A stretch of 64,000 nucleotides of DNA from Patescibacteria group bacterium (GTDB taxonomy: Bacteria; Patescibacteriota; Minisyncoccia; 2-02-FULL-40-12; IGHO2-01-FULL-4-A). A program made the translations under genes and the position numbers. A model generated the notes under the pieces. The model worked only from the letters and a program-made list of their open reading frames with translations. It was not told the DNA's origin and did not search any database. The first letter of the stretch is position 1, and the number at the start of each line of letters is the position of its first letter. The stretch is from the NCBI GenBank assembly GCA_038064915.1, contig JBBTSB010000010.1, forward strand, positions 19,809 through 83,808, written 5' to 3'. Positions 40,128-49,874 of this stretch are shown in pieces.

Positions 40128-41891
40128 GTGCACAATGTCAGAAATTTTGTAATAGTGGCCCATATTGACCACGGAAAATCGACGCTTGCCGATCGACTTT
40201 TGGAATTGACCGGTACCATCGAAAAGCGAAAAATGCAGGAGCAGTTTCTGGATACGATGGAATTGGAGCGCGAACGGGGTATTACCATTAAACTTCAGCC
40301 CGTGAGGATGCAGTACGGAGATTATATGTTGAATTTGATCGACACGCCGGGTCACGTAGACTTTACCTATGAAGTCTCACGCTCCCTGGCGGCGGTGGAG
40401 GGGGCGATTTTGTTGGTAGATGCGACCAAGGGCGTCCAAGCGCAAACTCTCGCCAATCTGCACCTGGCGCAACGCCAGGGTTTGGTGATTATTCCTGTCA
40501 TCAACAAAATAGACCTTCCCAATGCAAGAGTTGCTGAAGTGGAAGAAGAAATTACGAACATTCTTGTTGTCGAGCCATCAGACATTCTCAAAATCTCTGC
40601 AAAAGAAGGAAAAGGAGTGAAAGAAGTTCTTGATGCCGTGATTTCCCAAGTTCCTCCACCCAAAAACGGCAGCGATTTTCAAGCCCTCATTTTTGACTCT
40701 GCGTTTGATACCTACAAGGGTGTTCTCGCCTATGTCCGAGTATTTGGCGGTTCTGTCAAAGGGGGAGAAAAAATTCAATTTTTTGCATCAAAAACCCAGG
40801 CAGATGTTATTGAAGTTGGGATTTTTACGCCATCATTGAAAAAAACAGAAAGCTTGTCTGCGGGGGATATTGGCTACGTTGCTACGGGACTAAAAGACCT
40901 AGGACAGGTTCGCGTCGGGGACACTATCCACTATCCACTATCCAATTCTTCTCCACTTTCCGGCTACCAAGAGCCACGTCCGGTCGTATTTGCGAGTTTT
41001 TATCCGGAGAACGGAGAAGACTATGATAATCTTCGCGATGCGCTGGGAAAACTAAAATTAACCGATGCATCACTTGTGTACGAGCCGGAGTCCTCTCCCG
41101 CTTTGGGCCGTGGTTTTCGCCTTGGGTTTTTGGGGATGCTTCATGTGGAGATTATCAGCGAACGCTTGCGCCGTGAGTTTAAGCTTTCGCTCATTATTTC
41201 GACACCTTCTGTTGAGTATCACGTCACCACAAAACGTGGTGAAAGCATGATCGTGCGATCTGCAGCGCTTCTGCCTGATCCGAGTGTCATAGAAACACTC
41301 GAAGAACCGGTGGTTGCTTTGGAACTGTTGAGTCCTGTTGCTTATCTCGGGCCATTGATGACACTTTTATCTGAATACCGAAGTGCCTACCAAGCCACAG
41401 ATTATCTCACCAAGGAAATTGTCATTTTGAAATATACGGTACCTTTGGGAGAGATTATCACGGATTTTTATGATCGTCTTAAGTCGGTCAGTTCCGGCTA
41501 TGCCTCCATGAGCTATGAGCCGGCGGGATACCAGGCATCTGATTTGGTGCGCCTTGATATTTTGGTGGCAGGGGATTTGGTGGAGCCGTTCTCGCGAATC
41601 GTGCCTCGTCCTGCCGCATATCATGAAGGCAAGAGAGTTATAGAAAAATTGAAAGAAGTACTTCCCCGCCAGTGGTTTGTGGTTACGCTCCAAGCCGCAA
41701 TCGGCGGCAAGATCATCGCCCGGGAGACCATCAGTGCCCTACGCAAGGACGTGACGGGGTATCTCTACGGTGGTGACGTTACACGCAAGAAAAAACTGCT
41801 TGAAAAGCAGAAAAAAGGGAAGAAACGCATGCAAGCATCCGGTAAGGTGGAAATTCCCCAGACCGTATTCCTCGAAATGCTCAAAAAGTGA
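40128..41891 (+). CDS. lepA: Elongation factor 4
   Basis: AHIDHGKSTLADR, DTPGHVDF, GFLGMLH, YGGDVTRKKKLLEKQK. Confidence 0.98.
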   Translation: MHNVRNFVIVAHIDHGKSTLADRLLELTGTIEKRKMQEQFLDTMELERERGITIKLQPVRMQYGDYMLNLIDTPGHVDFTYEVSRSLAAVEGAILLVDATKGVQAQTLANLHLAQRQGLVIIPVINKIDLPNARVAEVEEEITNILVVEPSDILKISAKEGKGVKEVLDAVISQVPPPKNGSDFQALIFDSAFDTYKGVLAYVRVFGGSVKGGEKIQFFASKTQADVIEVGIFTPSLKKTESLSAGDIGYVATGLKDLGQVRVGDTIHYPLSNSSPLSGYQEPRPVVFASFYPENGEDYDNLRDALGKLKLTDASLVYEPESSPALGRGFRLGFLGMLHVEIISERLRREFKLSLIISTPSVEYHVTTKRGESMIVRSAALLPDPSVIETLEEPVVALELLSPVAYLGPLMTLLSEYRSAYQATDYLTKEIVILKYTVPLGEIITDFYDRLKSVSSGYASMSYEPAGYQASDLVRLDILVAGDLVEPFSRIVPRPAAYHEGKRVIEKLKEVLPRQWFVVTLQAAIGGKIIARETISALRKDVTGYLYGGDVTRKKKLLEKQKKGKKRMQASGKVEIPQTVFLEMLKK

Positions 41892-41979
41892 TATGCTTTA
41901 GTATCCGAATGCTGGAATCAGCAAAAAAGTAATCATTGCCAGGATTACCAGGACGGCTACCACAATACCAAAAATACGC

Positions 41980-42420
41980 ATGAGTATCATTGTACGGGAA
42001 AACGAGGAAAAAATAAAGGAGATACGTGAGCACAAGTTGGTTCTCGTGCCGCGTTTTGTCTTTTGGATTGCGGTGATCATTCTTTTGGGAGTATGGGACT
42101 CCCCGCAGTTCGTATTGATTGGCGTGGCGATTGTTGCGTTCCTGTCTCTTTTGATCAAGATATTTCGATGGGAGTATACCATGCTTGTACTCACGAATCA
42201 GCGCATTGTTTGCCAGGTACAAAAGGGGCTATTTTCTCGCAACACCATAGAACTCCTGTACAAAGATATCAAAGAGCTTTCCTATGCAAACCGAGGCATC
42301 GGGGGAACGATGTTCAACTATGGCGATCTCAAGCTAAGCACCGCGGCAGATGTCACGCATACGTTTGAGCATATACCTGAACCCGATCATGTAGTTGAGC
42401 TTATTGGGAAGATGCGATGA
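41980..42420 (+). CDS. Bacterial PH-domain membrane protein
   Basis: Two TM helices, LTNQRI..GLFSR, FNYGDL. Confidence 0.75.
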   Translation: MSIIVRENEEKIKEIREHKLVLVPRFVFWIAVIILLGVWDSPQFVLIGVAIVAFLSLLIKIFRWEYTMLVLTNQRIVCQVQKGLFSRNTIELLYKDIKELSYANRGIGGTMFNYGDLKLSTAADVTHTFEHIPEPDHVVELIGKMR

Positions 42421-42782
42421 TGTTGCGAACTGTGTTTCAATCAAAATGGGTGACAGCGATAGGCATTTTTGCCCTTGTGCTTTTGGGGACGATTGTTGTT
42501 CGGCGTCTTGACCCGCTGCGAGACGCGCAACTCGAAGTGCGGCAGGTGCAAGAGAAAATCAGTGAGGCCCAACAATTGCGGGAAACTATCAAGAAGAAGC
42601 AGGAGTATGCCTACAGTACTTCGTATTTGGAACGTCAGGCGCGCCTCAAGCTCAACTATAAAAAACCAGGAGAAGAAGTGGTGTATGTCTATCGCCAGGA
42701 TTCCCAGGAATCACCCCAACCTATTGCCAAACCCCGCTCAAATTTGCGAGAATGGTTGGATTATCTTTGGGGAAGTGAATAG
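42417..42782 (+). CDS. Septum formation initiator (FtsB/DivIC-like)
   Basis: TM helix, coiled coil, LERQARLKLNYKKPGE. Confidence 0.78.
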   Translation: MMLRTVFQSKWVTAIGIFALVLLGTIVVRRLDPLRDAQLEVRQVQEKISEAQQLRETIKKKQEYAYSTSYLERQARLKLNYKKPGEEVVYVYRQDSQESPQPIAKPRSNLREWLDYLWGSE

Positions 42783-42799
42783 TGGATAGTGAATAGTAT

Positions 42800-42870
42800 G
42801 CGGGTGTGGTTCAATGGTAGAACACGACCTTCCCAAGGTTGAGACGTGGGTCCGATTCCCATCACCCGCT
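42800..42870 (+). tRNA. tRNA-Gly(CCC)
   Basis: Acceptor GCGGGTG/CACCCGC, D arm GTTC..GAAC, anticodon arm CGACC-TTCCCAA-GGTTG, T arm GTGGG-TCCGATT-CCCAT; CCA not encoded. Confidence 0.93.
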
Positions 42871-42900
42871 CACTTGCTCATTGTGGCAGAATTTGCCATA

Positions 42901-43176
42901 ATGGCACAAATGGCAACTGTTCATGAAAAGATTGTGGCAATGCTGGCAACTGTTCAGGAAATGAGGAAAATGCTCAAATCTGGGGAAAAAGCTGATGATA
43001 TTGTTGCGCTTGTGGAGCAGCGATTGCGCATTTCCCAGAAGGACCTTCTGGCCACCTTCCCTCAAATAAGCTCTCGAACCATACGTCGTCGGCTGGACAC
43101 CCTCATTCGGCAGAGTAGGCTTTTGCGTCGCAAAGAGGGGAAGGAAGTCTATTATCTCGCTTATCCACAAAAATGA
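42901..43176 (+). CDS. Small winged-HTH (DeoR/ArsR-like) protein
   Basis: ISQKDL..FPQISSRTIRRRLDTL..G..VYY. Confidence 0.65.
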   Translation: MAQMATVHEKIVAMLATVQEMRKMLKSGEKADDIVALVEQRLRISQKDLLATFPQISSRTIRRRLDTLIRQSRLLRRKEGKEVYYLAYPQK

Positions 43177-43536
43177 GCTTGACCGCCGATTTTTATTCTG
43201 TTAGCATCAGTGTCAGATTTGCGGTTAGTGTACGTTATGAATAGGTAGGACAATGCTCAATATCGCATCCATATAACCCAAGGGAAGTTTTTCATTTCGC
43301 TTGGATTTTGTGTGCATAGGTGAGCTTTCGGAGAGAACATTGACAACTAAATACTAGTAGTTAGTTGTTTATGTTTCTTCAGTTGTTCGTCAGAAAATTC
43401 CATGGATTCTCCAAGAGGACCTTGTGTCGGTCGATCATGTCCGCCGAAAGGCGGGCAAGCGGAATTCATGAGATTAATAATTCTCTTCATGCCAGGTCAT
43501 ATGACAAGGCAGTGAGAGATACAGAAAAAATTATTT

Positions 43537-46500
43537 ATGAGTATAGCAACTATCAGAGCAATGTCTTCCAAAAAGACCTTGCTGATCGTAGTCGCCGCGG
43601 CAGCTATCGCTGCAGTCGGAGTATTCTTTGCTCTTCAGCAAGCTGCTCCCACGCAAAGCGTTAGCGCTTTCCAGCCGGGCGACGCCGGTCTTGTAAACGG
43701 GAATCTCATTACTGCCTACAATCAGGCAGGAGACCCCGATGTTTTCGTTATTAAAGAAGTCTATCCTACGGCCACGAAGCGCGTTTTCCAAAACGAAGCG
43801 ATCGGCCGCATGTATGGACAGTTCGGTTATGCGGGTATTTTCACCCCTGGCGTGATCAAGCAAGTTTCCGCATCCACTCGTGATGCGTTTACTCTTGGCT
43901 GCTATGTGAGAAATGCCGAAACGAATGATCCGAAGGTCTACTATCGTAATTCCACGGGTCCCGATACCGCTACGCTCCACTGGGTCAATGTGACCGCAGC
44001 TGAAGCGAATGCCGCAGATTCGATGTTCTTCCCCAAGACATTCGATATCAACAACGCAGAGTTCAACTTCTACGCGCAGGGAGCTGCATACACCAGTATG
44101 TCTCAAATCCCGGCCTGTACGACTGGTGGATCTGCAACTCCAGTACCGGTTCCAGGTGCGGTTTCCGCAAGCCTCTCTCCCGCCAACCCTGCTTCGGCAA
44201 CGGTTACGGGTGGAGCGAGTGGTGTGGAAATGCTCCGTGTCCGCCTGACGGGAACGGGGACACTTAGCACGGTTACCTTCAAGCGCATTGGCGCAGGTTC
44301 CGCGAATGATTTCAGCAATGTATACATCTATGATGGTGCTACCCGCTTGACTTCAGGAAAATCAGTTTCCACGTCAACCGGTGAAACAACCTTCATTAGC
44401 TTGAACATTGCTGTCAACGGTTCGAAAGATCTTTCCCTCGTAGCTGACATTGCTGCCGGACAGACAGCAGGAAACGTAAACGGATTCCAGATAGCTTCCA
44501 TGGGATTGGTTGCCGGTACCGTGACTGGTTTGCCGATTTCCGGCAACCTCTTTACGATGGCCGGAGCTGACAGTGGCATCCTTGATGTCGCGAAAGTGGG
44601 TTCAATCCCCAACCCCGTTGTAGGCCAGAAAGGCGCACAGTTGTCTGAATTTAGACTCACTTCCAACACGGAAGGCTCATGGGTGAAGCGTGTCACTCTC
44701 TTGCAGGGCGGTACGGTCAAGGCCTCTGACATCACCAATGTCAAGATCAAAACCGGTACGACCGAATGGAGCGGTACGGTTACCTCTACCGGCTACCTCG
44801 TCTTCGATATGGGCAGTGGATTCTTCATTGCAAAAGGCGGAGACGCAATCTTCAAGGTCTATGGAGATATGGCAGGCAAGAAGGATGAAGATGTCAATCT
44901 TTACTTCGAATATGCGTCAGATCTATGGGCGGTAGGTGACCAGTTTGGATTCGGTATGAACACCGCATCCGGCACTGCGAACAAAGGTATTGATGCCCTT
45001 GATGCGGCTTCTGAAGCGCACGACGTGACCCTCCAAGGTGGAGCTCTCACGATCGCCTTCAATGGACCGTCCGCAGGGAACATAGGTACCAATACCTCCG
45101 ACACGACCCTCTTGAGAGTATCCATGACTGCAGTTTCGAACATCGAAATCCGCAAGACGGAATTGACTCTCTGTAAGGATCCTGCCGGTGACGGCTCATT
45201 TGGCAATGCCGCAGATACCGACAGCGGTTGGTCAGATATCACCGATATCAAGATGACCGATGAAGCGGCGGGAGGACTTGGTACAGTTCTTGGTCCAGAA
45301 GATGGATCAGCATTTACCACGTCTGATTCCGGCACTTGTGAGGACAGCGTGACCGGAGCTCAAAAGAGCTTCAACAATTCGTTTGTCCTTATGGGCGGAA
45401 AGACCTACAGCTTCAAAGTTACGGGTGATATCAACACTGCAAACACTGATGGTAATGGCGTTGCATTGAGCGCTGCTGATGCGATGCAGCTCTTCCTCGA
45501 CAACTATGCTGATGACACTCCGGATGTGACCATCATGAAATATGATGGTACCAACACGGCAGTTGCGGATGCGGATATTGTTCCGCAATCTGACATCGGC
45601 GGAGGCATCCAGACACTCCAAGCTTCTTCGCTGACGCTTGGTTTGAGCTCGGGTGTTAATGACCAAAGCTTTGTACGTGGCACCCAGGGAATCACGGCAG
45701 TTGGTCTTACCTTCAAGTCGGCGCAAGCTTCAGACATGACGGTGACCGATCTCGTGTTGACAGGGTACTTCTCCGAAGCGGGTTCTACATTCGTAGTCGG
45801 TTCTGATACCACCACGAGTGTTGCGGATCTGGTGAGCGGCGTATCGCTCTATGAAATAGAGTCCAATACGACCATCGCCACGACCCCAACCAGCAACCAG
45901 CTTTCGAACACCACCGGTACGGTGACGTTCAATGGCTTGAACTGGAAAATCCCCGCAGGCGCTACCAAGACGCTTGGCGTAAAAGTCAACCTTGGAAGCA
46001 ATGCACTTGCCGACACCGATTACTTCGCATTCGATATCAACGCGACGACGGATGTCACCGCGCTTGATAAAGATTCGCGTACGGTAAATGCCGGCAACGC
46101 CGATCCAAACAACAGCACCAGCGCTACTACCGTGGTCACCGTCCTCAACTCTGGTTCACTGGCAGTTGCGGTTGCTACGGCAACCACGCCACGTGACCAC
46201 GCAGTCTACTGGGGACAAACCGGTGACTCTGCAGGTGTATGGCGCTTCACGTCAACCAATGAGGCCCAGTACCTAAAGACCCTGCAGTTCGGTGAATACG
46301 ATGCAGGTGGTACCCAGGAAACGGATCTTGCGACCAACGCAAGGACTGTCTACCTTGAGTACAAGAACAAGCTCGGACAGACATTGACAGCCAGCGGAGC
46401 CTTGAGCACTGCGGGAACGACATCATTCGGATTCTCCGATGATGCGACCAGCCCCTACGTACCCAAGGACAGCAGCATGGATGTCACCATCAAGGTTGAC

Positions 46501-47250
46501 TACAAGAACAAGACTGAAGGTGCCTCAACTGGTAAGACCTGGGACTTTGACTTCATCCCCAACACCAGCTCCGGAACTTCAATGTTCAAGGCGATTGGTG
46601 AGGGTTCAGGTGTAGTCATAGATGGTCAGGACACCGGTTTTACGGCGGCAGTCGACCAGGACACAGCAGGTACGGATATCATCATCTACCGTGTGTTCCC
46701 AGAGTTCAAGCTGATTACGCCAACCACGACGAATCTTTCGGTCGTAGATCCGATAGTCTCCTTCACGGTGACTGCCAAGGGTCTTTCCGACTCGAGAGTC
46801 TTCTTCGATGGTACAGCAGCTGGTTCTGGTTCAATCAAGTTCGCGGTGCTCGCCTCCGGGCGTGGCATCACGGCTGATCCGAACTTCACCGTCCGCAAGG
46901 GCGATGGTGTGGTCGTCGACACGGGATCCATCACTGATGCTCCGTTCGCGATCGCTGGACAGCGCGCCAGTATGACTATCGACTTCGGAACCCTGGATGT
47001 GGAAATCACGGGTGGTACTACCCAGACATTCCACGTCTACCTAGATTCGGTTTCAGACTTCAATACACCGGCTCAGTCAAACCCGGCGGTTGCAGCTGAC
47101 TACTTCCAGGTACAGCTCCGAGACGATGAGAACAGTCTGGTCAACTGGGTTGATAGTTCGACGAACTCGTCGAATGACCTCGATACCCAATCAACGTCAG
47201 GGTACTTAATGTACCTGCCGATGAGCGGATATCAGTTCATCGCCCAGTAG
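43537..47250 (+). CDS. Large S-layer-like surface protein
   Basis: 1237 aa, signal/TM segment, rich in T/S/G/A/D, repeated beta-rich modules, long 5' leader and own terminator. Confidence 0.75.
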   Translation: MSIATIRAMSSKKTLLIVVAAAAIAAVGVFFALQQAAPTQSVSAFQPGDAGLVNGNLITAYNQAGDPDVFVIKEVYPTATKRVFQNEAIGRMYGQFGYAGIFTPGVIKQVSASTRDAFTLGCYVRNAETNDPKVYYRNSTGPDTATLHWVNVTAAEANAADSMFFPKTFDINNAEFNFYAQGAAYTSMSQIPACTTGGSATPVPVPGAVSASLSPANPASATVTGGASGVEMLRVRLTGTGTLSTVTFKRIGAGSANDFSNVYIYDGATRLTSGKSVSTSTGETTFISLNIAVNGSKDLSLVADIAAGQTAGNVNGFQIASMGLVAGTVTGLPISGNLFTMAGADSGILDVAKVGSIPNPVVGQKGAQLSEFRLTSNTEGSWVKRVTLLQGGTVKASDITNVKIKTGTTEWSGTVTSTGYLVFDMGSGFFIAKGGDAIFKVYGDMAGKKDEDVNLYFEYASDLWAVGDQFGFGMNTASGTANKGIDALDAASEAHDVTLQGGALTIAFNGPSAGNIGTNTSDTTLLRVSMTAVSNIEIRKTELTLCKDPAGDGSFGNAADTDSGWSDITDIKMTDEAAGGLGTVLGPEDGSAFTTSDSGTCEDSVTGAQKSFNNSFVLMGGKTYSFKVTGDINTANTDGNGVALSAADAMQLFLDNYADDTPDVTIMKYDGTNTAVADADIVPQSDIGGGIQTLQASSLTLGLSSGVNDQSFVRGTQGITAVGLTFKSAQASDMTVTDLVLTGYFSEAGSTFVVGSDTTTSVADLVSGVSLYEIESNTTIATTPTSNQLSNTTGTVTFNGLNWKIPAGATKTLGVKVNLGSNALADTDYFAFDINATTDVTALDKDSRTVNAGNADPNNSTSATTVVTVLNSGSLAVAVATATTPRDHAVYWGQTGDSAGVWRFTSTNEAQYLKTLQFGEYDAGGTQETDLATNARTVYLEYKNKLGQTLTASGALSTAGTTSFGFSDDATSPYVPKDSSMDVTIKVDYKNKTEGASTGKTWDFDFIPNTSSGTSMFKAIGEGSGVVIDGQDTGFTAAVDQDTAGTDIIIYRVFPEFKLITPTTTNLSVVDPIVSFTVTAKGLSDSRVFFDGTAAGSGSIKFAVLASGRGITADPNFTVRKGDGVVVDTGSITDAPFAIAGQRASMTIDFGTLDVEITGGTTQTFHVYLDSVSDFNTPAQSNPAVAADYFQVQLRDDENSLVNWVDSSTNSSNDLDTQSTSGYLMYLPMSGYQFIAQ

Positions 47251-47297
47251 AGAGTAGAATAGGACCTGTAGGACCAATCGGACATATAGGACCTATG

Positions 47298-47332
47298 GCA
47301 AACCCCCGCTTTGAAAAAAGCGGGGGTTTTGC
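47298..47332 (+). terminator. Intrinsic terminator after the S-layer-like gene
   Basis: AAACCCCCGCTTT-GAA-AAAAGCGGGGGTTTT. Confidence 0.85.
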
Positions 47333-47347
47333 TATGATGGGAAAGCT

Positions 47348-48418
47348 ATGAAACGCATATTTTTGCTACTGATACTTGTCATTTTTGTGGGGGGACTCTT
47401 GATTTGGCAGTCCGAGCGCCGTACAAAGCCTTCCCAGCCTGTACCGCCCGCCGGGTATACCCTTGAAGTCTACGCCCAGAGTTTGGATGATCCGCGGGTG
47501 ATAGCGTTTGATCCCCAGGGACGCATGCTGGTGAGTGAGACCTCCGCCGGACGGGTGACCCTGGTGACTCCGGATCGCAAGGTGCTCCTGGAAGAGCTTG
47601 ACAATCCTCATGGTCTGGCTTTCTATGAAGATAGGTCCGATAGGTCCTATACGACCTATCTGTACGTTGCTACTACACTCGAGGTGGCGCGCTACGCCTA
47701 TGATGTCGCCACTGCTACGGTGGATATTGCCAGCAAGAAAAATATTGTGGATCTTCCCAAAGGCGGCAAGCACTTCATCCGTACGATCGGCTTTGGAAAA
47801 GACTTTCGCGATGCGCCGATCATCGAAGGCTTGTCCCGCGAAAGTTTTTTGAGTCCCATCAAGCTCTATGTGAGTGTCGGTTCATCCTGCGATGCGTGTT
47901 TGGAGAACAGCTGGAAATATGCATCGATTCTGGAGTCTGATTCCAAAGGGACGTATACGGCGGAAGTGGCGGGGGGATTGCGCAACAGCGAATTTTTTAC
48001 CTTCCATCCCACGACAGGGGAACTGTGGGCATCGGAGCAAAGCCGTTCCCGGTTTCCCGATGAAATCAATATCATCAAGCCGCCACTCAAGTACGGCTGG
48101 CCGTACTGCTATGGCAACCAGATGTGGGACACGACGTTTACCGAAACGACCGATCGCACGGACTTGCCGATGGACTGTACAAGAACCGAACCGCCTGTCA
48201 TTGAGCTTCCGGAAAACGCCAATCCCCGTGGCATCGTCTTTTTGTCTCCCACGGAACTCCTCGTGGCCTATCAAGACAAGATCGTGCTTTTTGACGAACA
48301 GCACCAGCCGAGTGACTTTATGAACGGTTCGTTTGCCGATCTCAAGATTGACAGTCATGGCGATCTTTTCATCAGTGATGACAGCGCGGGAATTATTTAC
48401 CGGGTATCGCGTCCGTAA
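47348..48418 (+). CDS. PQQ-dependent sugar dehydrogenase (GSDH)-like beta-propeller
   Basis: PHGLAF, LYVSVGSSC, GLRN, DEINII..YGWPYCY, LFISDD. Confidence 0.8.
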   Translation: MKRIFLLLILVIFVGGLLIWQSERRTKPSQPVPPAGYTLEVYAQSLDDPRVIAFDPQGRMLVSETSAGRVTLVTPDRKVLLEELDNPHGLAFYEDRSDRSYTTYLYVATTLEVARYAYDVATATVDIASKKNIVDLPKGGKHFIRTIGFGKDFRDAPIIEGLSRESFLSPIKLYVSVGSSCDACLENSWKYASILESDSKGTYTAEVAGGLRNSEFFTFHPTTGELWASEQSRSRFPDEINIIKPPLKYGWPYCYGNQMWDTTFTETTDRTDLPMDCTRTEPPVIELPENANPRGIVFLSPTELLVAYQDKIVLFDEQHQPSDFMNGSFADLKIDSHGDLFISDDSAGIIYRVSRP

Positions 48419-49874
48419 CGCGGTTCTTGCGATACTGCTTGTGTTGGTATTTCTCCAGCCCTTTTTGAGCGCGCGCCGGTTTGGTCCGGTGACGGACGAA
48501 GTACCGCACATCGCCGCCGGCTATTCCTACTGGAAGACGGAGGAAGTCACGCTCAATTCCCAGCATCCTCCGCTGGTCAAACTCCTCGCTACGATCCCCA
48601 TGCTTTTTATGGATATCCGTTTTGATCCTGCCGACATGGCGCTGGGGCAGTGGCTTTTTGGGAGGAAATTTCTCTTTTCAAACGACGTTGATCGAATTCT
48701 CGCCTGGGCTCGCTTGATTCCCATGCTTCTCTCGGTGCTTCTGGGGTACTTCATCTATCGTTGGGCCAGGGAGCTTTTTAAAAATGATTGGGTGGGGATT
48801 TTGGCGCTTGGTATCTATGCGTTCATGCCCCCTATCCTCGCGCATGCCCAATTTGTGACGACGGATCTTGCTGTGGCGGCGTTCAGTTTCATCACCCTGT
48901 ACTTTGTGTGGCGGCGTTCGCTGTGGGCAGGGCTATTTTTGGGGCTGGCGCTTGCGACAAAGTTTTCCGCGCTCGTACTTCTTCCTATTGTTGTCATCGC
49001 GATGGGAGTACGGTGGCGCAAGACGTTGGCGATTCTTGGCATCGCGTTTGCTTTGCTCTATGTGGTATATCTACTTCCCAGCAACCTACACTTCTACCTT
49101 GATGGCTACCGGGCGCTGTATTCTGATCGAAGTCCCGATTACCTCTATTATTTGAACGGCCATTTTTCGGATGACGGGTTTTGGTATTATTTCTTGGAAG
49201 CCTTCCTTATCAAGACGCCAATTCCGTTTTTGATCGGTCTCCTGGGGGCGGTTGTTTATTCCAGTAAGTTCAAATTCAATTGGACAACAAACGTGCTATT
49301 GTGGGGGACTCCCGTGCTGTTTCTACTCGCGACGACGCTCAAGGCTGAGCAAATTGGAGTGCGATATTTATTGCCGATGTATCCGTTTTTGATTGTTTTG
49401 GTGTCGGGTTGGATATTCAAAATTTCAAATTTTAAATTATCATTTTCCATTTTGATTTTTGCATTTTCCATTTGGTACGTCGTTGGCACTGTTCGCATGT
49501 ACCCCGACTATCTTGCGTACTTCAACGAGTCTGTCGGTGGGCCACGCAACGGCTACCGGTATCTCGATGATTCGAATGTGGAATGGGGACAGGATGTAAA
49601 ACGTCTGGCCACGTACCAGCGCGAGCATGCCGGTACCAAGGTCATCTCTCCGTGGGAGGCAATCGACCTGGCATACTACGGAATAGGCGACAACCAGTTT
49701 ACCGCAAGCGGTGAGTGGTGGAAGGACCCGCATGGACGCTACGCGGTGAGCATATTTTATTTGATTCGTGCAAAAGCAGCCGCATTGCGCTATGGAGCTT
49801 CGGAAATTGACTGGCTTTCTCGCTTCCAGCCTGTAGATCGGATCGGCTATTCCTATTTTGTCTACGAATTATGA
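48333..49874 (+). CDS. GT-C glycosyltransferase (GT39/ArnT-like); start uncertain
   Basis: TDEVPHIAAG, HPPLVK, TTD, ATKFSA, RYLLP, DSNVEWGQ. Confidence 0.85.
   Translation: MPISRLTVMAIFSSVMTARELFTGYRVRNAVLAILLVLVFLQPFLSARRFGPVTDEVPHIAAGYSYWKTEEVTLNSQHPPLVKLLATIPMLFMDIRFDPADMALGQWLFGRKFLFSNDVDRILAWARLIPMLLSVLLGYFIYRWARELFKNDWVGILALGIYAFMPPILAHAQFVTTDLAVAAFSFITLYFVWRRSLWAGLFLGLALATKFSALVLLPIVVIAMGVRWRKTLAILGIAFALLYVVYLLPSNLHFYLDGYRALYSDRSPDYLYYLNGHFSDDGFWYYFLEAFLIKTPIPFLIGLLGAVVYSSKFKFNWTTNVLLWGTPVLFLLATTLKAEQIGVRYLLPMYPFLIVLVSGWIFKISNFKLSFSILIFAFSIWYVVGTVRMYPDYLAYFNESVGGPRNGYRYLDDSNVEWGQDVKRLATYQREHAGTKVISPWEAIDLAYYGIGDNQFTASGEWWKDPHGRYAVSIFYLIRAKAAALRYGASEIDWLSRFQPVDRIGYSYFVYEL

Noticed and set aside
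42814-42900. N-terminal extension of the wHTH ORF
   Set aside because: It overlaps tRNA-Gly; the real start is more likely ATG 42901 or 42910.
47260-47295. CRISPR array
   Set aside because: Units are 9 nt with no spacers, and no cas genes or repeat-spacer arrays were seen in the window.
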